From a virus (taxonomy: Duplodnaviria; Heunggongvirae; Uroviricota; Caudoviricetes), in the IMG/VR virus record IMGVR_UViG_3300034279_001376, positions 1 to 44,775 of that record: a DNA stretch of 44,775 nucleotides; one strand, 5' to 3'. The notes beneath the pieces were generated by a model. It was not told the DNA's origin and did not search any database. It saw only the letters and a program-made list of their open reading frames with translations. Positions within the stretch are counted from its first letter, which is position 1; every line of letters begins with the position of its first letter. The position numbers and the translations under genes were made by a program. Positions 29,101-38,052 of the stretch are shown here, in pieces.

Positions 29101-30593
29101 ATACTGTTTTGGATTTCACCACCGGGCATTACTGCCCCACTAATAGATCCTGTTAAACCACCTATCAATACTTCTTTCCAGAAATCCCCTTCTTGAAGAG
29201 TCTTAGGTACTGCATTAGCAAGGTATTCAGCCATACCTTTGGTAGTCTTTTTGTCAAACTTGTCCAAGTAATAATCGTGAAGTGAGTTTCCTACAAAATA
29301 CTGAGAACCCTCTTCTAGTCCCTCAGATACTATTCCTTTAAAAAACACATCTTTTGCCAGTGCTTTATACGCTGCCTTTTTTGACCATTCATTTGTGGCT
29401 TTTAACCCTGCTATTTTTACGTAATCAGCACTTGCTTTTTCTAGCACATCTGCACCTTTTGCCCAACCCAATAATTTAGGAAACTGGACTAAGTTACTCG
29501 CAGATGTAATGGCTAGGTTTAAAAACATAGTATTTTTACCAGCAGCAGAAGCAGTGTCATCTATTCCTTTTAAAAATTCACTGGTGAATGGTTTTCCTTC
29601 CTGATAAGCCTTTTCTAATAAGTCAGTTTTAGTATCTACATAAGTTTGATACCCTTCTATCATAGATTCTCCCTGTGAAGAAAAGTAAGTAGTAGCAGTT
29701 AACTGTGCTGCTTTTTTGATTCCAAATGCTTTATTGGTGGTGTTTAGGCTTCCAAGGATTCCTTGAGAAGTAGCAAGCCCTACTACATCATCTATCTTAC
29801 CTAGAACTGCTCCTTTTGCCAATCCTCTGTAAGCAGCCTTCATTCCCTTCACTGCGTTGGATAATTGTTTTCCTGCTGCTATGAGAGCCACAGGAGTTGC
29901 TGTTCCTGCTGTTAACAAGGAAATTCCAGCATCCACTACCACTGCGTTTGCAAGTGCTCCCACAGTGAACCCCATGTTCTTTAAAACAGTATCTCCCCAA
30001 AAATTTGCAGCACCAGTAGGTGTAAAAGCATTTACCACCCATGATCGGTCAGTCTCTACTTGAGTAAGATAATTGGGGTATTTGTCTTCAAGATCCTTGA
30101 GCCATTCTTGAGTTTGGGAGAATGCACTGTCCGTAAATAATTCGTTTGAACCGTTTCTGATTGCATCAATCTGCTTGGGAAGACTGGTAAATCCTGAGAT
30201 AAAACTGGCTCCTGCTGTTGCTCCTGTTTTTACAATCGAGTTATAAAGTTGTTCACCTGCTCCTTGTTTTTTACCATAAGCATCCTCAGTGCTAAAAGAA
30301 CCTTGAACATTTGGGGTAAACTGCATAAAAGGATTACTGTACCTTTCTTCTTGTTTAGTCTTATAGTCGTAAAGTGGTGCACCTTTTTTTGCTTCTCCTA
30401 AATCTTTTTTTAGGAAAGTGTCTAAGAGGTTACTACTGTCCACAACTGGTGCTACTTTCCCCGCAGGTGTAGGAGTGTAATTAACTACACTCGCTGGTAC
30501 AGTAGGCAACAAGAATGAAGGTTGAATCTCTTGAGGTTCAACAAACTCCGAGGATTGAGGCACTATAAATTCACTAAGGCTTTCTGGTGGCAT
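26190..30593 (-). CDS. 1467-aa giant virion cargo/ejection protein with Gly/Ala-rich hydrophobic segments
   Basis: Hydrophobic 'GFTVGALANAVVVDAGISLLTAGTATPVALIAAG' (~29870-29972) and 'VLIGGLTGSISGAV', followed by coiled-coil-like regions. Lies directly upstream of the RNAP cluster, as for crAss-like membrane-spanning cargo proteins. Confidence 0.65.
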   Translation of the reverse strand: MPPESLSEFIVPQSSEFVEPQEIQPSFLLPTVPASVVNYTPTPAGKVAPVVDSSNLLDTFLKKDLGEAKKGAPLYDYKTKQEERYSNPFMQFTPNVQGSFSTEDAYGKKQGAGEQLYNSIVKTGATAGASFISGFTSLPKQIDAIRNGSNELFTDSAFSQTQEWLKDLEDKYPNYLTQVETDRSWVVNAFTPTGAANFWGDTVLKNMGFTVGALANAVVVDAGISLLTAGTATPVALIAAGKQLSNAVKGMKAAYRGLAKGAVLGKIDDVVGLATSQGILGSLNTTNKAFGIKKAAQLTATTYFSSQGESMIEGYQTYVDTKTDLLEKAYQEGKPFTSEFLKGIDDTASAAGKNTMFLNLAITSASNLVQFPKLLGWAKGADVLEKASADYVKIAGLKATNEWSKKAAYKALAKDVFFKGIVSEGLEEGSQYFVGNSLHDYYLDKFDKKTTKGMAEYLANAVPKTLQEGDFWKEVLIGGLTGSISGAVMPGGEIQNSIKNNIFGSDRQQGITDTMNKDLDLFRASVGELSSLEDSLTNQSRTDQFQNAYKSLYRTVSNAAKFGKVEDLKSSLEDLNDLSLEEYNKAFYQDPTQGLKSDLDKSKVINKLITEVEQIQDEKIAVEKSFKSNPFSNSKVKDLLVKKFKVDQSKVSTVQQKLFEDWKENQSYLLGRLRNTQSDVFSLQEEIKLGNNNPQDSDITYATLVALGDRDTIGSYLGFKNRQIEALKNQKDYYSDLGDTLREKATSRQLLDLEVLYERISQNLDNPETLQQLILEHEYAGTASGRSLEEKMRQLEEARLQEEMIKATQEELIKNADNPEQSATDMVETLAGLDEAEQANNPDTEPIDFGPHQYYFLRTLNSGDIVNFGGKLYILGDTRGTFIGGREVGNETNTIVFGPDNYTNNGITSIYQWEITKVDAPTPAAPTPPIVQEPVNEGVRVMTDEEIEVDAYDAMVRDKAQKEKMRKENQAELDELIKGKELVKEPKKDGGRYIIKGTLATADGISIWTLTNGNLLQDKIKLNRPERHEYYSLDGEPVIEKEPVTDLLIPESLPDSTRAESVTNFPMTFVTDSAKLFNGQFDGLSNGNIIVKHNGVTGEFYFDPNSETEVFSFIDSHQNVAELRGTGRPKKGQVQITKGTVKVKDGKIYLDKKIVLTWGSELEKKDEKNKEINLRDLPDFNGLTISKDAFAVLDSIDFGNKDSVDAGISRILEIVNSKFIPSEKVEQVLSVKRKLIGNSNYKTKDYLEKYIILSTKDFTGIDISTIFNTQSEQESTLEEKAGIVNTRRQELFETGRTSFNDGFIQNNGPAYYANIGTFTNTSVYTFDTFEMAHKFLLGYQDVSNIAEFADTIRYGKDGVEARKKEKQEKEIQRKVKELEDDKARYLRNIEFDSEYNSFMTIGARSAKTKQELIDKINAEIDSKIAELYGKQEATLEEKIDFFSKDASNELKQVLLQSVQNNLINLDC

Positions 30594-33162
30594 TGTAATC
30601 TGTTTTTATGAATGATTGAATGCTGTTAATTAACACATTAATGTCCGTTGAATTGTCTCCACCAAATTTGTCAGGAATTACAGTGCCATCAGGTTTAGTT
30701 ACCCTGATGACTTTAGTGCCACTAGCAGATGGGGTTATTTCAAACATATACCCTAAATAGTTAGATTTGTAAGGTTTGTATTTAGCAGCAGTATTCATCA
30801 TAACATTTCTACCATCCTTGGGTTGAGTCTCAAACAAATATGCTTTACCCGGTACTACTTTTTCCATCACATTACCATCTCTTGTTGGCATCATTATGTT
30901 TGCATCATCCAGTTGTTTTGCGTACTCATTCTTGAACTTTACAACACCTTTATCACCAGAACCAGAAGGAATAGCTATTGACTCAATGGCACTAACTCCA
31001 AACAGAGTCCTAAATTGGTCCGATCCTAACTTAGTAGCAGCACTAATCTGCCCCTGATAAGGGATTATTTCATCAGGAGAACTTGTTTGCACATAACCAA
31101 ACTGCTGATACTGTGGGAGTTTGTCTGCAAGCATAGACTTTAATACTGGGTCTTCTTGAGAATCAGCATAAGTTTTTAGGACTTGTTTTAAGCCAGCATC
31201 ATTGTCTAAGTAAGTTTTTGCAGTGACTTTACTACGAGGAGTAACACCATACATAGCACCAGCAGCAGGGCTTTCAATACTTTCTGTTTGTCTTTCTTTC
31301 TTTAAATCAAACAATAATTCACTCAGTTTTTTCTTCTGGTAATTTCCAGTGTAAGGTTGGCCATTAATCTTAGGACTAGTTGGTACGTTAATGTATACTT
31401 CTCTACCTGAGAGAAAATCTGCTTCACTTAATTGGTCACCATTTTCAGTTCTTGCGTATGGGAGTATGTTTTTAGTCTCAGTCTTTGCAGATCTGAGTGC
31501 CCCATTAATCTTTCCTAACTCTTCTGTTAAGTATTCAGAGGTGTAATCATTGTCTGATTTGTTTTTAATCAAAGCCTCTGTTAGAGAGTTAGGGTTGTTT
31601 CTTTGTTCTATTTCCCAAACTCTGAATGCTTCTTTATTAGGGTTTCCGTTTACATCATAAGCCAAATTCTTGTTAGTCTGGAATATGTCCCACATATCCG
31701 CATAATAATTCCCTTTGTGTTTTTCGTAAAAATTCCTCCAATTTTCAGCCTTAATAGTGTTATTGTCAAGAGTAGGAGCAGCAATTATATTGTCTGATTT
31801 CTTTGCATATTCTTCTTGTAAAGTTACCAAGCGATTAAACCCACTCAGCAATTCTTGTTCATTCTTAGAAATGTCTGCTACATCTGACCACAATGAAGGG
31901 TCTTCTTTCCCTTCTTTTTCTTTTAATGCTTTAGTTGCTGCTACTTCTTGATCTAACTTATGTTTGATGTACATTCTATTAGTCTGGCTGTCTTCTCTGA
32001 ATTTAGTTTGAGCCATCATAGCATCTATCTTTTTTTGGGCAAGATAATTAGCATCCGGGTTTATCTCGTTTACTTCTTTTTTCCACGAGAAAGCATTCAC
32101 AGCATCTTTAACTTTTTCAGCCTTTTTTACCTGATACACATAACCTAACATTTCGTTGTTGGATAGTTTCAAGAAATCTTCTTTAGTTTTTTCCGCGTTT
32201 GCTCTTCCTGCAACATTTGACTCTAGGATTTGGAGGTTGTTTTTGTACAATTCGTTCTCTTTAATTAATTGTGCCTCTTCCTCTGGTTTGAGAACAGTTT
32301 TTAATTTTTCGTTGTTGAACAGAATCCGTTGAGAAATTTCTGAAATTCTTGCAGTTTCTACACGGTTTTCAGCATCTGCTACTGACTTATATTGGTCATA
32401 AAGATAACCTTTGTCACCAGCCTTTAGAATCTCGTATTTACTCAAAACCTCCAACTGTGAGATGTCATCAGCACCAAATTGTTCATCATACAATGCCTTA
32501 ACCCTCTCCGGTGAGACTCCTTCATAGATGTGTTTAGTTAAGTATCCAGTAGGACTGTTTTTTTCATCCACAGACTGTCTATCATTGCTTACGTAGTCTG
32601 CGTGTAATAATTTACTCAGGTTTGCAAGAGGAACCTTTAAATCTTTGTAAGGAGTGTAACTAGATTTCCTAAAGTTAGGATCAGTCACCTGAGACAAGCC
32701 TTTTTGCATAAAATCGTAATAACCTCCATCCCAGTTCATCCACACAAACTCATTTATGTCATTGTACCCATTGTCTTTTCTTCCAGAATTTTTAAGGGTC
32801 TGAACATCATTGTATTCTTTCTGGTATTGTTTAGAGAGTTGGCTTGCTTTAATTAACTCAGTGTCAGTGCTTATCTTTTGGAACAATTCAGCCACCTTGT
32901 TTTGATTTTCCATAATGGTCAAATCCCCTAAATCCCCTGAAAGATCAGCAGATAATTGCTTATTGTACTCAGCAAGTCTTTCTGCTCCCTCAAGATTAAG
33001 CATAGAAATGTTAAGACTCCTGTTTTGGAGTTGATTAACCGTGTTTAAAGCATTGGCTTGTTCTTGATTCTTCTTTGAGAGTATGGCCATCTCAAGATTC
33101 AAGTCATAATTTGACTTCTGGTATTGAGGCAGTACTCCTTGGCTATATTCGTTTATATACAT
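30574..33162 (-). CDS. 862-aa probable virion cargo protein
   Basis: Long ORF overlapping both neighbours; helical, charged and Cys-free. Lies between the muzzle and the giant genes. No catalytic motif recognised. Confidence 0.55.
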   Translation of the reverse strand: MYINEYSQGVLPQYQKSNYDLNLEMAILSKKNQEQANALNTVNQLQNRSLNISMLNLEGAERLAEYNKQLSADLSGDLGDLTIMENQNKVAELFQKISTDTELIKASQLSKQYQKEYNDVQTLKNSGRKDNGYNDINEFVWMNWDGGYYDFMQKGLSQVTDPNFRKSSYTPYKDLKVPLANLSKLLHADYVSNDRQSVDEKNSPTGYLTKHIYEGVSPERVKALYDEQFGADDISQLEVLSKYEILKAGDKGYLYDQYKSVADAENRVETARISEISQRILFNNEKLKTVLKPEEEAQLIKENELYKNNLQILESNVAGRANAEKTKEDFLKLSNNEMLGYVYQVKKAEKVKDAVNAFSWKKEVNEINPDANYLAQKKIDAMMAQTKFREDSQTNRMYIKHKLDQEVAATKALKEKEGKEDPSLWSDVADISKNEQELLSGFNRLVTLQEEYAKKSDNIIAAPTLDNNTIKAENWRNFYEKHKGNYYADMWDIFQTNKNLAYDVNGNPNKEAFRVWEIEQRNNPNSLTEALIKNKSDNDYTSEYLTEELGKINGALRSAKTETKNILPYARTENGDQLSEADFLSGREVYINVPTSPKINGQPYTGNYQKKKLSELLFDLKKERQTESIESPAAGAMYGVTPRSKVTAKTYLDNDAGLKQVLKTYADSQEDPVLKSMLADKLPQYQQFGYVQTSSPDEIIPYQGQISAATKLGSDQFRTLFGVSAIESIAIPSGSGDKGVVKFKNEYAKQLDDANIMMPTRDGNVMEKVVPGKAYLFETQPKDGRNVMMNTAAKYKPYKSNYLGYMFEITPSASGTKVIRVTKPDGTVIPDKFGGDNSTDINVLINSIQSFIKTDYNATRKP

Positions 33163-36100
33163 TATTTTATGTCTATTTGTTTTGCAGAACCATCTGCACT
33201 TACTAGAATAACCATGTTGCCCTGTTTTACTAAACTGGCCCCATTGGGGAGATTTTGTGTGGTTTGGTCCGATTGAGCAAACTGGTCTAAAACATTACTC
33301 TTTAAATTAGAGGTGCTTTGAGGCTTATATTTAGTTCTACCAGTAATAGCACTTGTTTCAAAATAAGGACTCAATTCATTTGCTACTCTAAGTTCATCAG
33401 CGTATCCTAAATAGTTCTTAACAGACCCTACTATGGCTTCTTTTTGGTTATTCTTAAATCGTGCTTTAAGGTCTTCGACACGTGCTTTTCTTTGTCTGTA
33501 ATTGTCTATGTCATTTATACGAGCATCTATGTTTGAATCTTGATACCCTTGTAATTTGTTCAAATCAGCACTCTGTTTCTGGTCATACCTTTGAGCATTG
33601 TTAAAATCAACCTGTGATTGATTACTTTGAGACTGTGCAGTAACTTCTGCTATGCGAGCCTGTTTAACACTCTCAGGTAAATTGGAGTTCATAATCCCAT
33701 TAATTTGAGTCTGAGCCACTCTTTGAGTTTCCTTGTTATCATAATCATAAAACCGATTAAACAAAGGCTGCTTTTGGTGGTCATACAATATCGGATTGTC
33801 TATTTGTAAGTTATCAGAAAGTACTACTCCTATGTCTAATATAGTTCCTGCAAGTTTGGAGTTGATTCCAAATTTGTCTTTGTTTCGTGCAAACCAACTT
33901 TGTCTAGCCTCTATTTTTGGGTCACTAGAAGTAGGTTCATTGAATGTAACAGTCCTTTCATCTACTCCATTAGGGTTAGGTAGATAGGGCATTTTTTCCT
34001 GAAATGTATCAGAGCCTAATTCTGCAAGTTCAGCAGGTGTGGGCATCTGTTCAGAATAAGTAGGCTTAAACCCTGTTCTTGGTGTAATAACTGGAGCATT
34101 GGGCTGAGTTACTGGTTTTATTGAATTACCTGACAATTTTCTTGCTGTCCTTGCTTTTTGAACAGGCGTAGTAGGTTGAGCAATTGGCTGAACAGGTTCA
34201 ACAACTGATTGAGTTGGTTGAGAGACTTGAGTAGGCCCAGCAATAGGAAATTGAGGACCTCTGTAACCATTGTCCCAGTTTTCCGTAACAGGCTGAGTTC
34301 TCATGCTTGGAAATTTATCCTTGGTTCCTAATTGATAACCAGTTTTAGTTTCAGGCGTATTCCCAACTAGAGGGAATTCTGGACCTCTATAAGAAGATTC
34401 TTGTACAGGCGCAGAATAAACTTTAGTATAGTTACCATCACTTTCTCTTTTGTAGAAGTTCTTAGTAACAGGGTCATACAATTTACCATCAGGCAAAGTC
34501 TCAAATCTGTCTGAAATTCCTGAATGGTTAAAGTATTTACCCTCTTGGTATTTACCACCTTTTTGATAAGATGTTTGAAGTTTTCTGCCTACTTGTTTTT
34601 GGTCTTTCAAACTTTCTTGACCTTGAAATACAGTCTCTAACATGGCTAGTTTATTGTTTAAAGAAAACTTTGCCGTCTCCCTAGCATAAGGGTCTTTAGA
34701 ATCTTCCAATACTTTGAACTCCTTTTTAGTGTCGTACTTTTTAGAAGCCTGTGCAAAGGTAGTTTTCTTTTTTACACCCAGTATTTTTTGGAGTTCTTCT
34801 GGGACAACCAGATAATCAGAGAATACTTTTTCTCCGTTTTCAAGGATAACAGGAGTACCACCAGAACTGTGTCTTTTACCATCTACGTGTTTTAAAGCAC
34901 CATCTAGCCCAAGCACAGTTTCTCCTTTTTCTAATTCTGCATTGGATATTGAAACAGGCACTTGCAGTTGACCACCATCTTGAAATACTTGTTCGTACTG
35001 GTCTAAAAAAGCATCTTGTTCTTCTGGACTTAACCCACTTAAATAAGTTTGCATTTCACCACCTTCTTGTTTTTCTCTAAACCTGTCTTTTGATTTAGAT
35101 TTTCCAGAAGGGTTACGGGGTATATCACCAAAGAATAACATATCTGCTACGTGAGGCACTTTACCTGCTTCCATGTCCAAATAATATTGGTTACTCCCTA
35201 CATAACCAGTAGTGTCAGATGGAAAATTACCGTCTTCAACTCTTTGTCTTTGGCTTCTTTTGTCCATAAAGTTTAAAAGGTTTGCACCCGGATCTACACC
35301 ACCAGATTGTAGTTTATATTCTCTTACTTTATTTCCTTTGAATTTGTGCATACCTGTGTTTGGTTGTAATATTTTTGCATCTCCTTGGTCACTTACTGCA
35401 AGTATTGGAAATGCCATATCTTTGGTTGTGATTAATGGGAAGTTTATATCAAGAAACTTTCTATCCTTATAAGGAGAGTTTTTCTTGTAACCCAGTTTTG
35501 AAATTCCTCCTTCTTTCCCGTACTGGCCCATAGAGTTTTTTTGAGTGCTGGAAAAAAAATTCAGAGCGTCTATAACACTATTTTCATCTTTTGTATTTTG
35601 CAGCAACCTATCAAAAAGAAAATCTCCTTTTAGTTTTTCTTTTGCTTTTTCAAGATGTTCTTTTGTAAAGTCTTCTGTATTAGCATCATAAATACCATTT
35701 CTGTACAACAAAAATCTTACTGCATCCACATCTGCTTTGTACTCAGTTGGAGTGTCATCGTGACTAGCATCGTGCATTCCTTTTGGATTAGATTTTAGTT
35801 TCTGAAAAATAGCCTGATCCCTCTTGCTCATTTCTCTTTTACCTTTGTTTAATAAATGGCTTATTTCATGCGCTACTGTACCTGCACTGTCTTCTTTTGT
35901 GTTAATAAGAATTTGGTCTTCTATTACATTGTAAGAAGTCCCATTTTCTATCCAATCTTTTCTTAATTTATCTTTCCAGTCAAGTTCTGCTACATCTTTG
36001 ATTTTATAGTCTGAGTAATTAGCACTTTTAAAATTAGGAGATGTTAATGCTTGATCTACTTCATCTATTAGAACTTTAGGAAAAGATTTTTCGTGTCTTT

Positions 36101-36350
36101 CTTTTGCTTTTGGGGAATCGTAGTAATTGGTTAAAAAATTAGATGCTGCTTTTATCGGGTTTTTGTCCAAAGCAGGATCTTGATACCAATCGTAAGTACC
36201 ATCTTTTTTTCTAACAACACCAAAGTCTTTACCAGTAATTTCATCTTTTACAATAAATTGTCCTGCATTGCCTTTTCTTGCTTTGTTAGAATCAAATTTA
36301 ATATTCCCCAGCATTTGAATATTCGAGCCTCCTGCTTGGTATTTTTTCAT
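33162..36350 (-). CDS. 1062-aa probable cargo protein with an HExxH metallopeptidase-like motif and repeated Q-x-G-G motifs
   Basis: 'TVAHEISH' at 35856-35870 with a downstream Glu (TEYKAD). Six (Q/K)xGG motifs. Contains 'AELEKGE...GKRHSSGG', a Pro/Gln-rich linker and a Gln/Asn-rich coiled C-terminus. Confidence 0.6.
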   Translation of the reverse strand: MKKYQAGGSNIQMLGNIKFDSNKARKGNAGQFIVKDEITGKDFGVVRKKDGTYDWYQDPALDKNPIKAASNFLTNYYDSPKAKERHEKSFPKVLIDEVDQALTSPNFKSANYSDYKIKDVAELDWKDKLRKDWIENGTSYNVIEDQILINTKEDSAGTVAHEISHLLNKGKREMSKRDQAIFQKLKSNPKGMHDASHDDTPTEYKADVDAVRFLLYRNGIYDANTEDFTKEHLEKAKEKLKGDFLFDRLLQNTKDENSVIDALNFFSSTQKNSMGQYGKEGGISKLGYKKNSPYKDRKFLDINFPLITTKDMAFPILAVSDQGDAKILQPNTGMHKFKGNKVREYKLQSGGVDPGANLLNFMDKRSQRQRVEDGNFPSDTTGYVGSNQYYLDMEAGKVPHVADMLFFGDIPRNPSGKSKSKDRFREKQEGGEMQTYLSGLSPEEQDAFLDQYEQVFQDGGQLQVPVSISNAELEKGETVLGLDGALKHVDGKRHSSGGTPVILENGEKVFSDYLVVPEELQKILGVKKKTTFAQASKKYDTKKEFKVLEDSKDPYARETAKFSLNNKLAMLETVFQGQESLKDQKQVGRKLQTSYQKGGKYQEGKYFNHSGISDRFETLPDGKLYDPVTKNFYKRESDGNYTKVYSAPVQESSYRGPEFPLVGNTPETKTGYQLGTKDKFPSMRTQPVTENWDNGYRGPQFPIAGPTQVSQPTQSVVEPVQPIAQPTTPVQKARTARKLSGNSIKPVTQPNAPVITPRTGFKPTYSEQMPTPAELAELGSDTFQEKMPYLPNPNGVDERTVTFNEPTSSDPKIEARQSWFARNKDKFGINSKLAGTILDIGVVLSDNLQIDNPILYDHQKQPLFNRFYDYDNKETQRVAQTQINGIMNSNLPESVKQARIAEVTAQSQSNQSQVDFNNAQRYDQKQSADLNKLQGYQDSNIDARINDIDNYRQRKARVEDLKARFKNNQKEAIVGSVKNYLGYADELRVANELSPYFETSAITGRTKYKPQSTSNLKSNVLDQFAQSDQTTQNLPNGASLVKQGNMVILVSADGSAKQIDIK

Positions 36351-36769
36351 TATGACAAGAATTTAAGTTTGTATTTAGTCAATGCTAGTTTTTCTGTCAA
36401 GTTATCAATCATGTTTTGTTGAAAACTGTGAGGGAAAACATAACGATTAGAATCCACAAAAGTACACATTTCTGTGATTATATCTTTGTTTATTTCTGAG
36501 GATACTATTTTTTCGTGCGTAAGATTCAAAATCTCCTCTGTCTGAGCAGTTTCAGTAAGACTGTCACACAACTCTGATAGAGTGTCATAGAGGTCTCCTA
36601 TGGCAAGATGTGCAGCAAATGAACCTGTTCCTGTAACTTTAAGATGAAGGAATTTGGTGGCTGTCTGAAAGTAAAATAATTTAGAAAGGAAAGAGGAAAT
36701 GGTTACAGGTTGTAACTCCTTCTCTTCTTGACTATATGGTACTTCGTTTGATACTTTTAATTTAAACAT
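36350..36769 (-). CDS. Ferritin/Dps-like four-helix-bundle protein
   Basis: 'FLHLKVTGTGSFAAHLAIGDLYDTLSELCDSLTETAQ' matches the Dps-type pattern H-W-x-V-x-G...H...Y......D...E. The C-terminal helix 'QNMIDNLTEKLALTKYKLKFL' also fits. Confidence 0.7.
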   Translation of the reverse strand: MFKLKVSNEVPYSQEEKELQPVTISSFLSKLFYFQTATKFLHLKVTGTGSFAAHLAIGDLYDTLSELCDSLTETAQTEEILNLTHEKIVSSEINKDIITEMCTFVDSNRYVFPHSFQQNMIDNLTEKLALTKYKLKFLS

Positions 36770-36777
36770 ATTATTTT

Positions 36778-38052
36778 TTATCTTTTTATGTAATCTAATA
36801 TATTCGGGTTTCCGTACTTCTCTTTCTCAGATTGAGACACTTCAAAATTACCAGTTACTAACCTTTTTTTAGTGTCTGCTAATCCCCTGTAATGCAAAAA
36901 TCTTATCATTTCTTCTTCTGTAAATCCGTACTTATCTGCGTATGGTTTTAACTTTTTAATCTCTGGCTTGTAAATATCATTCACTACGTAGTTCATAAAA
37001 CTTTCTTGTGTTTTGGGGGAGTTTTTGAACTCGTTCATTATCTCTTCATTGGTTCCATCTATGCCCATGTACTCACCTATTTGTTTGGCCCAATACTTAG
37101 GATGGAATTGGTACTTACCTGTGGTTCCAGTTGTAGGGTTAATCACAGAATAATCACCTCCTGATTCGCTCTGCCCTATTCCTGCAATTACTCCGTCTGC
37201 ACTCATGCCCGAATCTGATGAGTAATTTTCATACTCGTCTTGAATTGGGGAATACTCATTTTCGTCTTCAAACACCCATTTTAACAGTTCTTGGTTTTGA
37301 TTTACTTTCATTTCTTGTTCTGAGTTTTCAGTACCAAGAAAAGCATTAGGATCAAAATCAGTGGAGTAAATGTCTGTTTGGTTTGTAATTTGAGAAGCAT
37401 CCCCACCTTCTTGAGCCATTCCAGAAGCCATAGTTTTAGCAAGTCCTACATATTGAGAGGCTGCTTGTCCTACTGATGATATTCCTTGTTGTTGGGTCTG
37501 CTTGTAACGGTTGATGTTTTGTTGATTCAACCCTTGATAGTATTCTTCCCACTGTCTTTGGATGTCTTGATTGGTGTCTTGAAGATTTAGATTAAACCCG
37601 CCTTCTTGAAAAGAATAAGGAGTATTTACATACTCGTTATTCCTTATATCCTGTTTTCTTTCCTCAAGATCAGCCTTATAAGCATTGTCTAATCTTTTTT
37701 GCTTTCTTTTTTCTTTGAAAGATTTACCTATTTGATAACCACCATAACCTGCTTGTGCAAACATCCCCAGAATAGGAATAGAACCAGCAGTTTGCCCTAT
37801 TATGTCAAGCGTAGATTGAGATTGAGATTGGGATTGGGATTGAGTAGGAGGTGTTTGAAAACTTTGTCCTTGAGGTATTTGAGAAAGCATATTTGGAATT
37901 CGAGCATTTTGTAATGCTTGAGCCTGCTGTGCCTGCTGGATTGCAGGAGCAGTCATGCTTTGTACTTGACCCAAAGGTAACTGTGGTAATTGCTGGATAA
38001 CTCCACCACTTTGATATTTTTTTAAAAACTTTTTACTTCTTTCTGTTAACAT
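36778..38052 (-). CDS. 424-aa probable cargo protein with a C-terminal lysozyme-like/lytic transglycosylase domain
   Basis: 'IAGIGQSESGGDYSVINPTTGTTGKYQFHPKYW' fits the E-S..GxYQF signature of lysozyme-like transglycosylases. The N-terminal half is Gln-rich and low-complexity, with three QxGG motifs. Confidence 0.7.
   Translation of the reverse strand: MLTERSKKFLKKYQSGGVIQQLPQLPLGQVQSMTAPAIQQAQQAQALQNARIPNMLSQIPQGQSFQTPPTQSQSQSQSQSTLDIIGQTAGSIPILGMFAQAGYGGYQIGKSFKEKRKQKRLDNAYKADLEERKQDIRNNEYVNTPYSFQEGGFNLNLQDTNQDIQRQWEEYYQGLNQQNINRYKQTQQQGISSVGQAASQYVGLAKTMASGMAQEGGDASQITNQTDIYSTDFDPNAFLGTENSEQEMKVNQNQELLKWVFEDENEYSPIQDEYENYSSDSGMSADGVIAGIGQSESGGDYSVINPTTGTTGKYQFHPKYWAKQIGEYMGIDGTNEEIMNEFKNSPKTQESFMNYVVNDIYKPEIKKLKPYADKYGFTEEEMIRFLHYRGLADTKKRLVTGNFEVSQSEKEKYGNPNILDYIKR
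37813..37842. repeat. Hexamer microsatellite (RGATTG)x5 encoding (QS)5
   Basis: agattg agattg agattg ggattg ggattg on the + strand. Confidence 0.9.
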
